From assembly GCA_945881985.1 (NCBI GenBank), contig CAMCVL010000003.1, forward strand, positions 64,421-128,420: a stretch of 64,000 nucleotides of DNA, given 5' to 3'. The translations under genes were made by a program, and so were the position numbers. The notes beneath the pieces are model-generated. The model did not search any database. It saw only the letters and a program-made list of their open reading frames with translations, and was not told the DNA's origin. The DNA is from Rickettsia typhi. GTDB taxonomy: Bacteria > Pseudomonadota > Alphaproteobacteria > Rickettsiales > Deianiraeaceae. Position 1 is the stretch's first letter, and each line of letters starts with the position of its first letter. This document shows, piece after piece, positions 28,548 through 37,554 of this stretch.

Positions 28548-29128
28548 AAAACTAAATTAATAAATAAAAACACAAAATAAAAAAACACAAAAATCCCAAC
28601 AAGAACTTGATAGAGATTAAAAACCCAACCCCTAGCGTGTTTTTTATTAAGCCATCAAAAACACAATTCCTGTAGTTTAATAGGTTGCAAGAGCAAACCC
28701 TAGGCACAAGCCTTTGACATAGCAAAAACCTGCATCTGCGGTAAGCTAAACAAGCCATATTAAAACACCTATCCCCCGTTTTATTTTAAACAAAAGGATA
28801 CAAACAAATATATGTATTTGCAAGATGTTATAAAGTCAACAATTATTTATTTTTTAAGTGTTAAGTCCGTTTTAAAAAGTATTAAATCTAATGTTTGTCT
28901 ATTTTTTGCAATCGTTAATCTTATTGAGGGTCGTTTGTTTTTGAATAATTTTTTCAAATTTTATGATATAAATTTAGGATATAGCAAAAGCTCACTCTTG
29001 AAACGCTTTATATTATTTTTGTTATACGCTGAAAATGTTGACTTACATTTGAAAAAACACAACAAAGCTTGAAAACAAAATAAAATGCAATATATTTATC
29101 TTATACAATATTTTATTATTTGACTGTT

Positions 29129-29644
29129 ATGCGTAGCGAGGCTGATTTTGTGGATTGCATCAAAAATGAAAATGTAAATAACATGATAGAAGGCGATGAA
29201 AATGGGGCTTTACATAAATTAAGACAATCACAAATTGAGGATTTTTTTAAAAACAACATCTTTAGCGGAGGTCATGTTCGTCGCCATCTTGATGGTAAGG
29301 TAATAGTATCTCTAAACCTTATTACCCTTAGGCATCACGAGGCTTCGGCAAATGTGTCGTTAACATATATTGCAAACCTCACCAACAACTCGGGAAGCGA
29401 CTTAGTTATTACGGGTCGCAAATGGCTTGTTGGTAGCCGCAGGGCATCTGCAAGAGAGATTGCCGAAACTCAAGACGAGGGCTCAAAAGGCTTTGTTGTA
29501 ATTAAAAATCGCTACTCTCAGGAGTTTAAAGGCACCATTACCATAAAACATAGCGATAGAATGCTTTATCCAATATTCTTAGTTGATAGCATATTGCACG
29601 GGCACTTAGAAATAGACTGCGAAATGATATATCTTGGCGACTAA
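29129..29644 (+). CDS. Hypothetical protein, possibly ApaG/DUF525-like
   Basis: Weak pattern match of YIANLTNNSGSDLVITGRKWLV..GFVVIKNRYSQEFKG to the ApaG beta-sandwich. Low certainty. Confidence 0.35.
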   Translation: MRSEADFVDCIKNENVNNMIEGDENGALHKLRQSQIEDFFKNNIFSGGHVRRHLDGKVIVSLNLITLRHHEASANVSLTYIANLTNNSGSDLVITGRKWLVGSRRASAREIAETQDEGSKGFVVIKNRYSQEFKGTITIKHSDRMLYPIFLVDSILHGHLEIDCEMIYLGD

Positions 29645-29671
29645 GAAATTATTGATATTGGTAAAAAAGAT

Positions 29672-30511
29672 ATGTTGCAACCTGACCTTGGCAAAAGCTT
29701 TGATTTTAGTGAAATACTAGCAAATTGCCAAAAGATTGTCATTAAAATTGGCTCGTCAAACATTGTAAGGCAACAAGAAAATGGAGCATTTGATATTGCA
29801 AACGACTGGCTTAAAAGCCTTGCCGAGGATGTTGACAGGCTGCTTAAAATGGGTAAGCAAGTAATTATTGTTTCCTCTGGGGCAATTGCAACTGCAAAGC
29901 TTGAATACTCCTTTGATGAGAATTACAGCCTTGTTCAAAAGCAGGCCTTATCATCAGTTGGGCAATACAAGCTTATGGGTACATACGATAAGATTTTTGC
30001 TAAGTTTGGCATTAAAGTAGGGCAAATACTTGTCAACAAAGACGATGCTAAATACAAGGACAGAAGGCAAAATATTAAAAATACAACGGAGTCCCTTTGG
30101 CAAAGTTTTAAGGCTATACCAATTATCAATGAAAACGATGCCGTAAATTTTAACGAGATAAAAATTGGCGACAACGACACACTCTCGGCAATTGTTGCAA
30201 GTATTACGGATGCTGACCTTTTGGTTTTGCTATCGGATATTGACGGGCTTTATACATCAAATCCAAAAAATGACCCAAATGCAAGCTTTTTGCATCATGT
30301 TGAAAAACTTACCAAAGATATTGAGCGAATGGCGTCGCCACCAACTTCAAAAGTTGGCACAGGCGGAATGGTAACCAAAATTAAAGCGGCAAAAATTGCC
30401 CTTAAAACAAAACTTGCAAATGGCAAAAGTTGCAAAATGATTATTAAAAGCGGGTTGAGTTTAAATCCTTTGTTTAACAATGGTAGATTTACCCTCTTTG
30501 GCAAAATGTAA
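29672..30511 (+). CDS. proB: Glutamate 5-kinase (no PUA domain)
   Basis: IKIGSSNIV, VSSGAIATAK, NENDAV..IGDNDTLSAIVA, LLSDIDGLYTSNP, GTGGMVTKIKAAKIA. Confidence 0.88.
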   Translation: MLQPDLGKSFDFSEILANCQKIVIKIGSSNIVRQQENGAFDIANDWLKSLAEDVDRLLKMGKQVIIVSSGAIATAKLEYSFDENYSLVQKQALSSVGQYKLMGTYDKIFAKFGIKVGQILVNKDDAKYKDRRQNIKNTTESLWQSFKAIPIINENDAVNFNEIKIGDNDTLSAIVASITDADLLVLLSDIDGLYTSNPKNDPNASFLHHVEKLTKDIERMASPPTSKVGTGGMVTKIKAAKIALKTKLANGKSCKMIIKSGLSLNPLFNNGRFTLFGKM

Positions 30512-30522
30512 TTTTGTGTAAC

Positions 30523-31818
30523 ATGCTAAGTAAAAAAAAAGTCTTAATTATTGGTGCCGGCATAAATGGCTTAGTGAGCGGATACTACCTTGCAAGGCAG
30601 GGGCATGATATTGTTTTTGCCGAGAGTAAAAGCGAGGAAGCAATGCTTGCAAGCTATCAAAACGGGGGGCAGCTTAGCTTTGGGCATGTTGATAGCATAG
30701 CCTCCTATAAAAACATTTTTCAAGGATTTAAAAGTATTGCAGGCTTTGGCGGGGCAATAAAAATTAGTCCATCATGCTTTACCGACCCAGCATTTTACAA
30801 ATTTGCCAAGGGCGTTACCCTAAGCTCCGCAAGGCAAAACAGGGCGGCAAACTTAGCAAACCTTGCTGCCTTTGCTTCTTTTAGTAAAGATAGTTTTTAT
30901 AATGATTTTTTACCATTGCTCAACCAAGATGAGCTTAGCTTTGCAAGCTACAAACAAGGCGGAATATTGCACTTTTTTAGTAATCCAAAATATCTAAATA
31001 GCAAAATTAAACACTACAAAGAACTTAAAAATATAGCTTTTAAGCCGCTTGCAAAAAATGACAGCCTAGAGCTTGAGCAGGCATTGTGTTTTGCAAAAAA
31101 CATCTGCGGCGGCATTTTGTTTGGGGCGGATGCCAGCATTAACTGCAAAAAACTTAGTCTTGTTTTACGCAAAAAGCTTGAGGACATGGGAGCAAAGTTT
31201 TGCTTTAACGCAAGCCTTAATCCCTTGCGTGACTTTACCTTGCAAAACCAAAGCAACCTAACGCAAAGCTTAAAACCCATTGATGTAAAATTTAACTGCG
31301 ACATTATTCTACTGGCAAACGGCACAGATTTTGACAAGTTTAACAAGGATTTGAACCTTGTAGGTCTTAGTAGCTATAATGCTTTTTATCAAATGCTTGG
31401 ATACTCTTTTGATATAGAAGTAGAACACTCAGCCCATGCCCCGCAAATGGCAATGACGGACAGTGCAAACAGAATTGTCTACTCGCTGCATAACGATGGC
31501 AAGCTTTTGCGTGTTGCAGGATTTGCAGATTTTATGCCTCTTGAAAAAGCACAAAAAATTGCCGCAAAACCACAGGATAGCAAAAGGATTGACGATATGT
31601 ATAGAATTTTTTTACAAACCTTCCCTGCCTTAAAAAAAAGTAAAATTTTAAATAAATGGATTGGCATCAGACCTTGCACCGCAAGCTCTTTACCAATTGT
31701 TCAAAGGTCAGATAAGTTTAGCAATGTTATCATTAGCACTGGGCATACAAATCTGGGTCTAACCCTATCTTTTGCATCGGCCGCAAGGATTGTAGATATA
31801 GTGCATCAAAGCGTTTAA
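30523..31818 (+). CDS. FAD-dependent oxidoreductase, D-amino-acid dehydrogenase (DadA)-like
   Basis: Rossmann motif KVLIIGAGINGLVSGYYLARQGHDIVFAE and a DAO-family C-terminus (GIRPCTASSLPIV..STGHTNLGLTLS). Confidence 0.75.
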   Translation: MLSKKKVLIIGAGINGLVSGYYLARQGHDIVFAESKSEEAMLASYQNGGQLSFGHVDSIASYKNIFQGFKSIAGFGGAIKISPSCFTDPAFYKFAKGVTLSSARQNRAANLANLAAFASFSKDSFYNDFLPLLNQDELSFASYKQGGILHFFSNPKYLNSKIKHYKELKNIAFKPLAKNDSLELEQALCFAKNICGGILFGADASINCKKLSLVLRKKLEDMGAKFCFNASLNPLRDFTLQNQSNLTQSLKPIDVKFNCDIILLANGTDFDKFNKDLNLVGLSSYNAFYQMLGYSFDIEVEHSAHAPQMAMTDSANRIVYSLHNDGKLLRVAGFADFMPLEKAQKIAAKPQDSKRIDDMYRIFLQTFPALKKSKILNKWIGIRPCTASSLPIVQRSDKFSNVIISTGHTNLGLTLSFASAARIVDIVHQSV

Positions 31819-31897
31819 AAAACTGCAAAAAGATTCCATCGCCGGCTGGTGAAGTTTGTGATTAAGCGGCTTTAAAAAAGTAAAGATTAATTTGACA

Positions 31898-32857
31898 TTA
31901 TTCCTCAATGTGTATTTCATTTTGTAAGTACTCCAGAAACAAATCCAAACTTTTCTTTTTAACAGTTTTGCTTTTGTAAAGTGCGTAATAACTCATATCT
32001 GGCAAGAGGTGCCCTATTGGTATTGACACTAATCCATCCTCTTCTAAGTTTTTTTGTTTAAGATAAAGGCTGTCAAAGCCAGCTATACCCAAGCCTTGTT
32101 TAGTAAATTGGTAAATGTCGTCCCATGTTGCAAAATCAAACAAAATATTGCTTTTGGCAGCAATATCGTTTTTGTCATTATAAAAAGCATTTGACAAAAC
32201 ATTTGAAGACATTAATTTTTTGCATTCAAACAAAAGGTTGTATTGCAAAAAAGACGCAATACTAAGTGAATCAATTGGCAATTTTGTAATGGGATGATTT
32301 TTAACGCAAACGGCTTGTATTTCGTATTTTGAAATCCTCATAGCTTCAATTTCCGGTTTTAAAATTGTTGTGTCCTCGCATGGAAAAATTGCCACATCTA
32401 TCTCGTCTTGTATCAAAAGGTCTACGGAATGTGCTAGGTTGGTATTTTTAACTATCACTAAGCAATTTGGCATTTTATCAATAAGTTGTTGAATTTCGGA
32501 TGGTAACATGAATTTTCTTACAACATCGTGAGCTGCAATTTTAATTGTTAAGTTTACATCGTTGGATATTATTTTGTGAAACTTGCTAAACACAGATTCA
32601 AGGCCTTGCAGGTGCTTTATTGCTAAATCGTAAAATATTTGCCCTTCTTTTGTGATTTCCATTGCGTTAAAATTGGATGAATGCTTTTTAAACAGCTCCA
32701 CACCCAAGGCATCTTCAAGCGATTTTATGTATTTTGATATTGCCGGTTGCGTTATGCACATTTTATGTGCTGCCTTGCTAACGCCGCCCTCCTGCACAAC
32801 ATTTACAAAACCCCTAAGCTGTTGCAATCTGTTGTTTTTGTAAAAAATATTTTGCAT
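31898..32857 (-). CDS. LysR-family transcriptional regulator
   Basis: N-terminal wHTH (LQQLRGFVNVVQEGGVSKAAHKMCITQPAISKYIKSLE) plus a substrate-binding domain. Confidence 0.85.
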   Translation of the reverse strand: MQNIFYKNNRLQQLRGFVNVVQEGGVSKAAHKMCITQPAISKYIKSLEDALGVELFKKHSSNFNAMEITKEGQIFYDLAIKHLQGLESVFSKFHKIISNDVNLTIKIAAHDVVRKFMLPSEIQQLIDKMPNCLVIVKNTNLAHSVDLLIQDEIDVAIFPCEDTTILKPEIEAMRISKYEIQAVCVKNHPITKLPIDSLSIASFLQYNLLFECKKLMSSNVLSNAFYNDKNDIAAKSNILFDFATWDDIYQFTKQGLGIAGFDSLYLKQKNLEEDGLVSIPIGHLLPDMSYYALYKSKTVKKKSLDLFLEYLQNEIHIEE

Positions 32858-33079
32858 AATTTTGCATATTTGTTAAATTACTTATTGTTTGTATTATAAC
32901 ATTATATTATCTAAATTGCAATTAAAATAAAATCGTTTAACTTTGTATTTGCAAAATTTTGCCTAGTTATAAAAAAATGTTATTTACTATGTAAAATTAT
33001 TATTTAGCAAAGAATAATTTTCTCTGTTATTATTTAAGTGTATTATTTTTGTTACACTTTATTTATTATTTTTTTTAGT

Positions 33080-33385
33080 ATGTCAAAGATTAAAGATGGC
33101 CAAAGTGATGTGTGTCAGTCTGAGGAAGGATATCAAGAGCACCAAGATATACATCTTGTGACAATACTTGATAACAAAAAGATTGGTAGCCTGCTAAAGT
33201 CAATCAGGCTTATTAAATCAATGACCCTGATTGATATACAAAATATTACAGGCATATCTTACCAACAAATTAAAAAGTATGAGGATAATAAAAGTAAAAT
33301 AAGTATTGAAAGCCTAAAGGTAGTGTTGCAGGCTTTAGGATTGAGTGCTGAGTTGGTAATTCAATCCAAAGATTCCGCAAAATAG
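33080..33385 (+). CDS. XRE-family helix-turn-helix transcriptional regulator
   Basis: IGSLLKSIRLIKSMTLIDIQNITGISYQQIKKYEDNKSKISIESLKVVLQALGL. ATG 33080 preferred. Confidence 0.7.
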   Translation: MSKIKDGQSDVCQSEEGYQEHQDIHLVTILDNKKIGSLLKSIRLIKSMTLIDIQNITGISYQQIKKYEDNKSKISIESLKVVLQALGLSAELVIQSKDSAK

Positions 33386-33421
33386 GTATCTGCATTCATT
33401 GCCTTTAATGCCTAACTACTT

Positions 33422-34357
33422 TTACTTGCTTAGATTATATCCTTGTTTTTTTGCGAGGGGGTGAAAAGCTTTAACCGCTGTTTTAAGCCCCATTGCATCT
33501 GTATGAGTGTAAATTTGCGTTGTGGATATATCGCTATGACCCAGCATTTGTTGCAAAACTCTTAAATTGGCGCCGCCTTGATAAATGTGAGTTGCAAAAG
33601 AGTGGCGAATTTTGTGTGGCGAGAGCTTATCTTCGCTTATTTTGCATTTATAGGCAAGTTTTTTAAGGGCAATAAAAAAGTTTTGCCTTGAGTAATAACC
33701 AAGCGAGCCCTCGGCACAAAATAAATATTTATTATTTTTAACATTTTTAGCGCTTAAAAGCGATGTAAAATTTGCACGCACCGATAAATATTTGTTTATT
33801 GCCAGTCTTGCTGGCTCAGTTACAAAAACGCTTCTTTGCTTTTCGCCTTTGCCATTGATTATAATTTCTTTAGCATCTAAGATAATATCGTCCATGCAAA
33901 GGCTTAGGCATTCGCTAATACGCATGCCAGTTGAATACAAAAGCTCTAAAACAGCATGCACTCTAATTCCCTTTGGAGTGTTATCATTTGCGGCTTGGTT
34001 TGTGATAAGTAGTATTTCCTCCTTGCTTAAAAACACAGGTAAAGAGCGTTGTTTTTTAATTAACTCTAAATTGTCACAAGGGTTTGAAGCGGTAAATCCA
34101 TTTGCATATAAAAATTTAAAAAAGCTCTTAAGACATGCAAGTTTGCGATTTGTCGTGGCTATGGATAATTTTTTTTTGTATATAGCTGATATATAAAGTG
34201 TAATTTTTTGCTCGGTAAGGCAGGTAATGGTTAATTTGTTAAGCTTTGCAAATTCAAAAAATTGCAATAAATCAGATTTGTAAGCAAGAATTGTGTTTTT
34301 TGCCATGCCCCTTTCGCTGCTGATAAAAAGTAAAAATTCCTCAAGCATTTCTTGCAT
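33422..34357 (-). CDS. xerD: Tyrosine recombinase XerD (XerC/XerD family)
   Basis: N-terminal SAM-like domain (ERGMAKNTILAYKSDL). Catalytic RISE.., HKIRHSFATHIYQGGANLRVLQQMLGHSDISTTQIYTH. Confidence 0.72.
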   Translation of the reverse strand: MQEMLEEFLLFISSERGMAKNTILAYKSDLLQFFEFAKLNKLTITCLTEQKITLYISAIYKKKLSIATTNRKLACLKSFFKFLYANGFTASNPCDNLELIKKQRSLPVFLSKEEILLITNQAANDNTPKGIRVHAVLELLYSTGMRISECLSLCMDDIILDAKEIIINGKGEKQRSVFVTEPARLAINKYLSVRANFTSLLSAKNVKNNKYLFCAEGSLGYYSRQNFFIALKKLAYKCKISEDKLSPHKIRHSFATHIYQGGANLRVLQQMLGHSDISTTQIYTHTDAMGLKTAVKAFHPLAKKQGYNLSK

Positions 34358-34447
34358 TTAAAGCCTATAAATAAATTGCTAGCGTTATTTTAAGTTTAGA
34401 TTTTTTTTGCCACAAAACAAGTATTTTATAAAAAATTAAAAAACTTC

Positions 34448-34475
34448 TTGAAAATAGTAAAAACAATGTTAATAT
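34448..34475 (+). promoter_or_regulatory. Candidate sigma-70 promoter upstream of tRNA-Phe and the rpsC block (TTGAAA-N16-TAATAT)
   Basis: TTGAAA at 34448-34453 and TAATAT at 34470-34475, about 43 nt before the tRNA. Motif match only. Confidence 0.4.
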
Positions 34476-34517
34476 ATTTTGTCTATTGGTTTAATTGCTG
34501 GCATTTTGCTGGTTTGT

Positions 34518-34593
34518 GCCCAAATAGCTCAGTCGGTAGAGCAAGGGACTGAAAATCCCTGTGTCGGTGGTTCGATTCCGCCTTTGGGCACCA
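34518..34593 (+). tRNA. tRNA-Phe (anticodon GAA), CCA encoded
   Basis: Acceptor GCCCAAA/TTTGGGC, D-arm GCTC-AGTCGGTA-GAGC, anticodon arm AGGGA-CTGAAAA-TCCCT, T-loop TTCGATT, then A-CCA. Confidence 0.93.
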
Positions 34594-34660
34594 CTTAATA
34601 GCTAAAATGGCTGATTGTGGGCTAATTATTAGTATTTGTAATTTATAATTTTTTATTGAT

Positions 34661-35278
34661 ATGGGACAAAAGACCAATCCTATAGGCTTTAGATTGCCGG
34701 TTAGTAAAAACTGGGGTGCATCTTGGTTTGCAAACACTAATACATATGGCGAAAGCCTACAAAAGGACTTGCTGATTAGGTCTTACTTCAACAAAATCAA
34801 AAAAGATTTGATGATTTCTCGAATCAAAATTGAAAGAAATCAAAAAAAGATAGTTGTTATTATATATTCCTCAAGACCAAGTCTTGTTATTAAAAAAGGC
34901 GGCACTGGTATTGTTGAAATATCTGAGGGACTTAAAAAACTACTTGGTGAGGAAGTGTCAATTGATGTTAAAGAAATTAAATCTGCTGACTCTGATGCTG
35001 ATGCAATTGCAAACTCAATTGCTTTGCAAATTGAAAAGCGTGTTCCTTACTTAAAAGCTATGAAAAAAGCTTTGGAGCTTGCTGCAAAATCTGGAGTGTC
35101 CGGTGTTAAAATTTGCTGTGCTGGGCGTCTTGCCGGTGCGGACATTGCAAGGCACGAAACAATATCTCATGGCTCTGTATCTTTACAGACTATAAGAACC
35201 AGAATAGCCTACGCAACAGCTTTGGCAAAAACCACTTACGGAATCATAGGTATAAAGGTTTGGGTTGCTAAAAAGTAA
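34661..35278 (+). CDS. rpsC: 30S ribosomal protein S3
   Basis: MGQKTNPIGFRLPVSKNWGASWFA.. and a KH domain. Confidence 0.93.
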   Translation: MGQKTNPIGFRLPVSKNWGASWFANTNTYGESLQKDLLIRSYFNKIKKDLMISRIKIERNQKKIVVIIYSSRPSLVIKKGGTGIVEISEGLKKLLGEEVSIDVKEIKSADSDADAIANSIALQIEKRVPYLKAMKKALELAAKSGVSGVKICCAGRLAGADIARHETISHGSVSLQTIRTRIAYATALAKTTYGIIGIKVWVAKK

Positions 35279-35310
35279 TATTATTTGATGATCTATTTTT
35301 AAGTTAAACT

Positions 35311-35733
35311 ATGTTGATGCCACAAGGACAAATCCGTAAGTTTAGAAAGGTAAGACCTCACGGTATAGCTGCCTCTGGTGCTGATATATCTTTTGGTTTA
35401 TTTGGTCTTAAGGCTACTGAGCCTGGTAGAGTTACAAGTAAGCAAATTGAGGCGTGCCGTAAGATGATTGCTAGAGTTACCAAAAAAACAGGTAGAATTT
35501 GGATAAGATGCTTTCCTCACTTGCCGGTTTCTAAAAGACCAGCCGACATGAGAATGGGTGGTGGTAAAGGTGGTATTGAATTTTATGTATCTGCTGTTAA
35601 GGCTGGTATGATATTGTTTGAAATTGACGGTATATCTGAAGACGAAGCTAAGGAGCTTTTTCAAAGAGTGTCATACAAACTGCCTATCTCTGTAACTTTT
35701 GTTAAAAGAAGATTTACTAATATTGTTGCGTAA
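35311..35733 (+). CDS. rplP: 50S ribosomal protein L16
   Basis: ..RKFRKV.., FGLFGLKATEPGRVTSKQIEACR, RMGGGKGGIEFYV. Confidence 0.93.
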   Translation: MLMPQGQIRKFRKVRPHGIAASGADISFGLFGLKATEPGRVTSKQIEACRKMIARVTKKTGRIWIRCFPHLPVSKRPADMRMGGGKGGIEFYVSAVKAGMILFEIDGISEDEAKELFQRVSYKLPISVTFVKRRFTNIVA

Positions 35734-35748
35734 TTTGTAATAGTTGTT

Positions 35749-35949
35749 ATGAAGTTTGAAGAAATAAAATCCAAAAACATACCACAGATAAAACAGGACA
35801 TCACAGCCCTCGTTAAGTCTTTAGTTGTTAAAAGATCTGCGGCTAAAAGTGGCGGTAGTGTTAAAAGTCACGAGATTAAAAATATCAAAAAAGATATTGC
35901 AAGACTAAACACTGCTCTTACCGCTTTATTTAAAAAGAAAAAGATTTAA
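35749..35949 (+). CDS. rpmC: 50S ribosomal protein L29
   Basis: 66 aa in the operon position between L16 and S17, with an L29-like helical pattern (..SHEIKNIKKDIARLNT). Confidence 0.85.
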   Translation: MKFEEIKSKNIPQIKQDITALVKSLVVKRSAAKSGGSVKSHEIKNIKKDIARLNTALTALFKKKKI

Positions 35950-35963
35950 TATTTATTTAATTT

Positions 35964-36197
35964 ATGTCTCAAATTGTAGCAACTGTTGCCTTTGTTAAGG
36001 ATCAAAAAACTGTTAGAGTGGCCGTTGAAACCCTAATAGAGCACCCTCTTTACAAAAAAAGAGTTAAAAGAGTTACTAAACTTTTGTGTCACAATGAGCA
36101 AGGTATTGAGCTTGCTGAGGGTGATAAAGTTTTTATAAAGCAGTGCAAGCCTGTTTCTAAAAACAAGTCTTTTGCAATTGTTGCAAAGTCTGCTTAA
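35964..36197 (+). CDS. rpsQ: 30S ribosomal protein S17
   Basis: ..KTVRVAVETLIEHPLYKKRVKRVTKLLCHNE..GDKVFIKQCKPVSKNKSF. Confidence 0.92.
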   Translation: MSQIVATVAFVKDQKTVRVAVETLIEHPLYKKRVKRVTKLLCHNEQGIELAEGDKVFIKQCKPVSKNKSFAIVAKSA

Positions 36198-36234
36198 TGC
36201 TTTAGTGTTAATTGATGGATTTTTAAAATTTTTT

Positions 36235-36603
36235 ATGATTTACTTAGGTTCACAACTTATAGTTGCAGACAACTCTGGTGCAAAGATTGTTGAATGTTTT
36301 CATGTAGATGGCAGTACAGGCACTCAAAGAGGCGATGTTGGCTCAACAATTGTATGCTCTGTTAAGGACGCGATGCCAAACATGAAGGTTAAAAAAGGTC
36401 AGGTTGTTAAGGCAATTATTGTAAGAACTAAGTCCAGAATAAGAAGGGCTGACGGCTCATATGTATCCTTTGACGACAACGCAGCTGTGCTGCTTGACAA
36501 AAAAGGTGAGCTTATTGGCACCCGTGTTTTGGGTCCTGTTGCTAGGGAGATTAGAACCAAGGGCTTTTTGAAGATTGCTTCTTTAGCTTCCGAAATTATC
36601 TAG
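36235..36603 (+). CDS. rplN: 50S ribosomal protein L14
   Basis: MIYLGSQLIVADNSGAKIVECF..; ATG 36235 gives the canonical 122 aa (ORF track 36172 overlaps rpsQ). Confidence 0.93.
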   Translation: MIYLGSQLIVADNSGAKIVECFHVDGSTGTQRGDVGSTIVCSVKDAMPNMKVKKGQVVKAIIVRTKSRIRRADGSYVSFDDNAAVLLDKKGELIGTRVLGPVAREIRTKGFLKIASLASEII

Positions 36604-36631
36604 TATCCGGTAATATTATTATATATAGATT

Positions 36632-36958
36632 ATGTCTAAGGTTAAAAATAGAATAAAAGTTGGAATGAAAGTTGTTCTTACATCGGGCTACAGAGAGCAC
36701 AGAGGTAAAACTTTTACTGTGCTTGCTATAAAAGACGATAAGGTATTGCTTGATGATACATTTAAAAAAATTAAAAAATTTGTAAAACCTACTCAGGAAA
36801 ATGATATGAAAAACACGATTGAAAAAACCGTTCTTGTTCACATATCTAACATTGCTGCTTTTGACGAAAAAGCTGGCAAGGCTGACAAAATTACCTACAA
36901 GATTGAAGGTGATAAAAAAGTTAGAGTTTTCAAAAAAAGTGGCAATGTTGCCTCTTAA
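36632..36958 (+). CDS. rplX: 50S ribosomal protein L24
   Basis: KOW motif IKVGMKVVLTSGYREHRGKTFTVLAI and the expected operon position. Confidence 0.88.
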   Translation: MSKVKNRIKVGMKVVLTSGYREHRGKTFTVLAIKDDKVLLDDTFKKIKKFVKPTQENDMKNTIEKTVLVHISNIAAFDEKAGKADKITYKIEGDKKVRVFKKSGNVAS

Positions 36959-37011
36959 TAATTTGTAATAGTAAAATAAGTAGTATTATATTAGGTTAGT
37001 TAAGTTTGTTT

Positions 37012-37545
37012 ATGTCAAGTTCTGTAGTTAAAAATTCGGCTGAAAAGTACCAAGATTTTCTTGCTGCTTACAAAGGTAACCCAATGCAATGTCCTAAGAT
37101 AACTAAGGTGTGTCTTACAATATCTCTTGGTGCCTTGGACAAAAAAGAGGTTGCTAAAATTCAGGAAGACCTAACAAACCTTGCTGGTCAAAAAGCTTTG
37201 GTCACTCTTGCAAAAAAATCAGTTGCGTCCTTTAAGTTAAGGGAAGGCATGGCAGTTGGTGCAAGCGTTACCCTAAGAAAGAAAAAAATCTACGAATTTA
37301 TGGACCGCCTAGTCTACATAGCCCTACCTAGAGTTAGGGATTTTAAGGGCCTAAAGGCATCCTCTGTTGATAAAACACTTAACTATTCCTTTGGACTTAG
37401 GGACTCAACAGTCTTCCCAGAAGTATCCTACAACACATCTCTTTCAAAACAGGTGGGTATAGGTATTTCCTTTTCAATTGAAAATGCAAAAAACAAGGAT
37501 GAAGTTGTTCAATTGCTAAAAACCTTTGACTTGCCGGTGTTTTAG
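37012..37545 (+). CDS. rplE: 50S ribosomal protein L5
   Basis: ..PKITKVCLTISLG.., KSVASFKLREGMAVGASVTLR, YIALPRVRDFKGL. ATG 37012. Confidence 0.92.
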   Translation: MSSSVVKNSAEKYQDFLAAYKGNPMQCPKITKVCLTISLGALDKKEVAKIQEDLTNLAGQKALVTLAKKSVASFKLREGMAVGASVTLRKKKIYEFMDRLVYIALPRVRDFKGLKASSVDKTLNYSFGLRDSTVFPEVSYNTSLSKQVGIGISFSIENAKNKDEVVQLLKTFDLPVF

Positions 37546-37554
37546 TTGGTCTTT

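Noticed and set aside
28812-29072. 86-aa ORF upstream of the ApaG-like gene
   Set aside because: It is an AT-rich low-complexity translation without motifs, located in the likely tuf/apaG-like divergent promoter region.
33422-34593. Tyrosine recombinase next to tRNA-Phe as the signature of an integrated genomic island
   Set aside because: The recombinase has the XerD-type N-terminal and catalytic motifs. It lies at the 5' side of the tRNA and is divergently oriented. I found no tRNA 3'-end direct repeat nearby, and the neighbouring genes are housekeeping.
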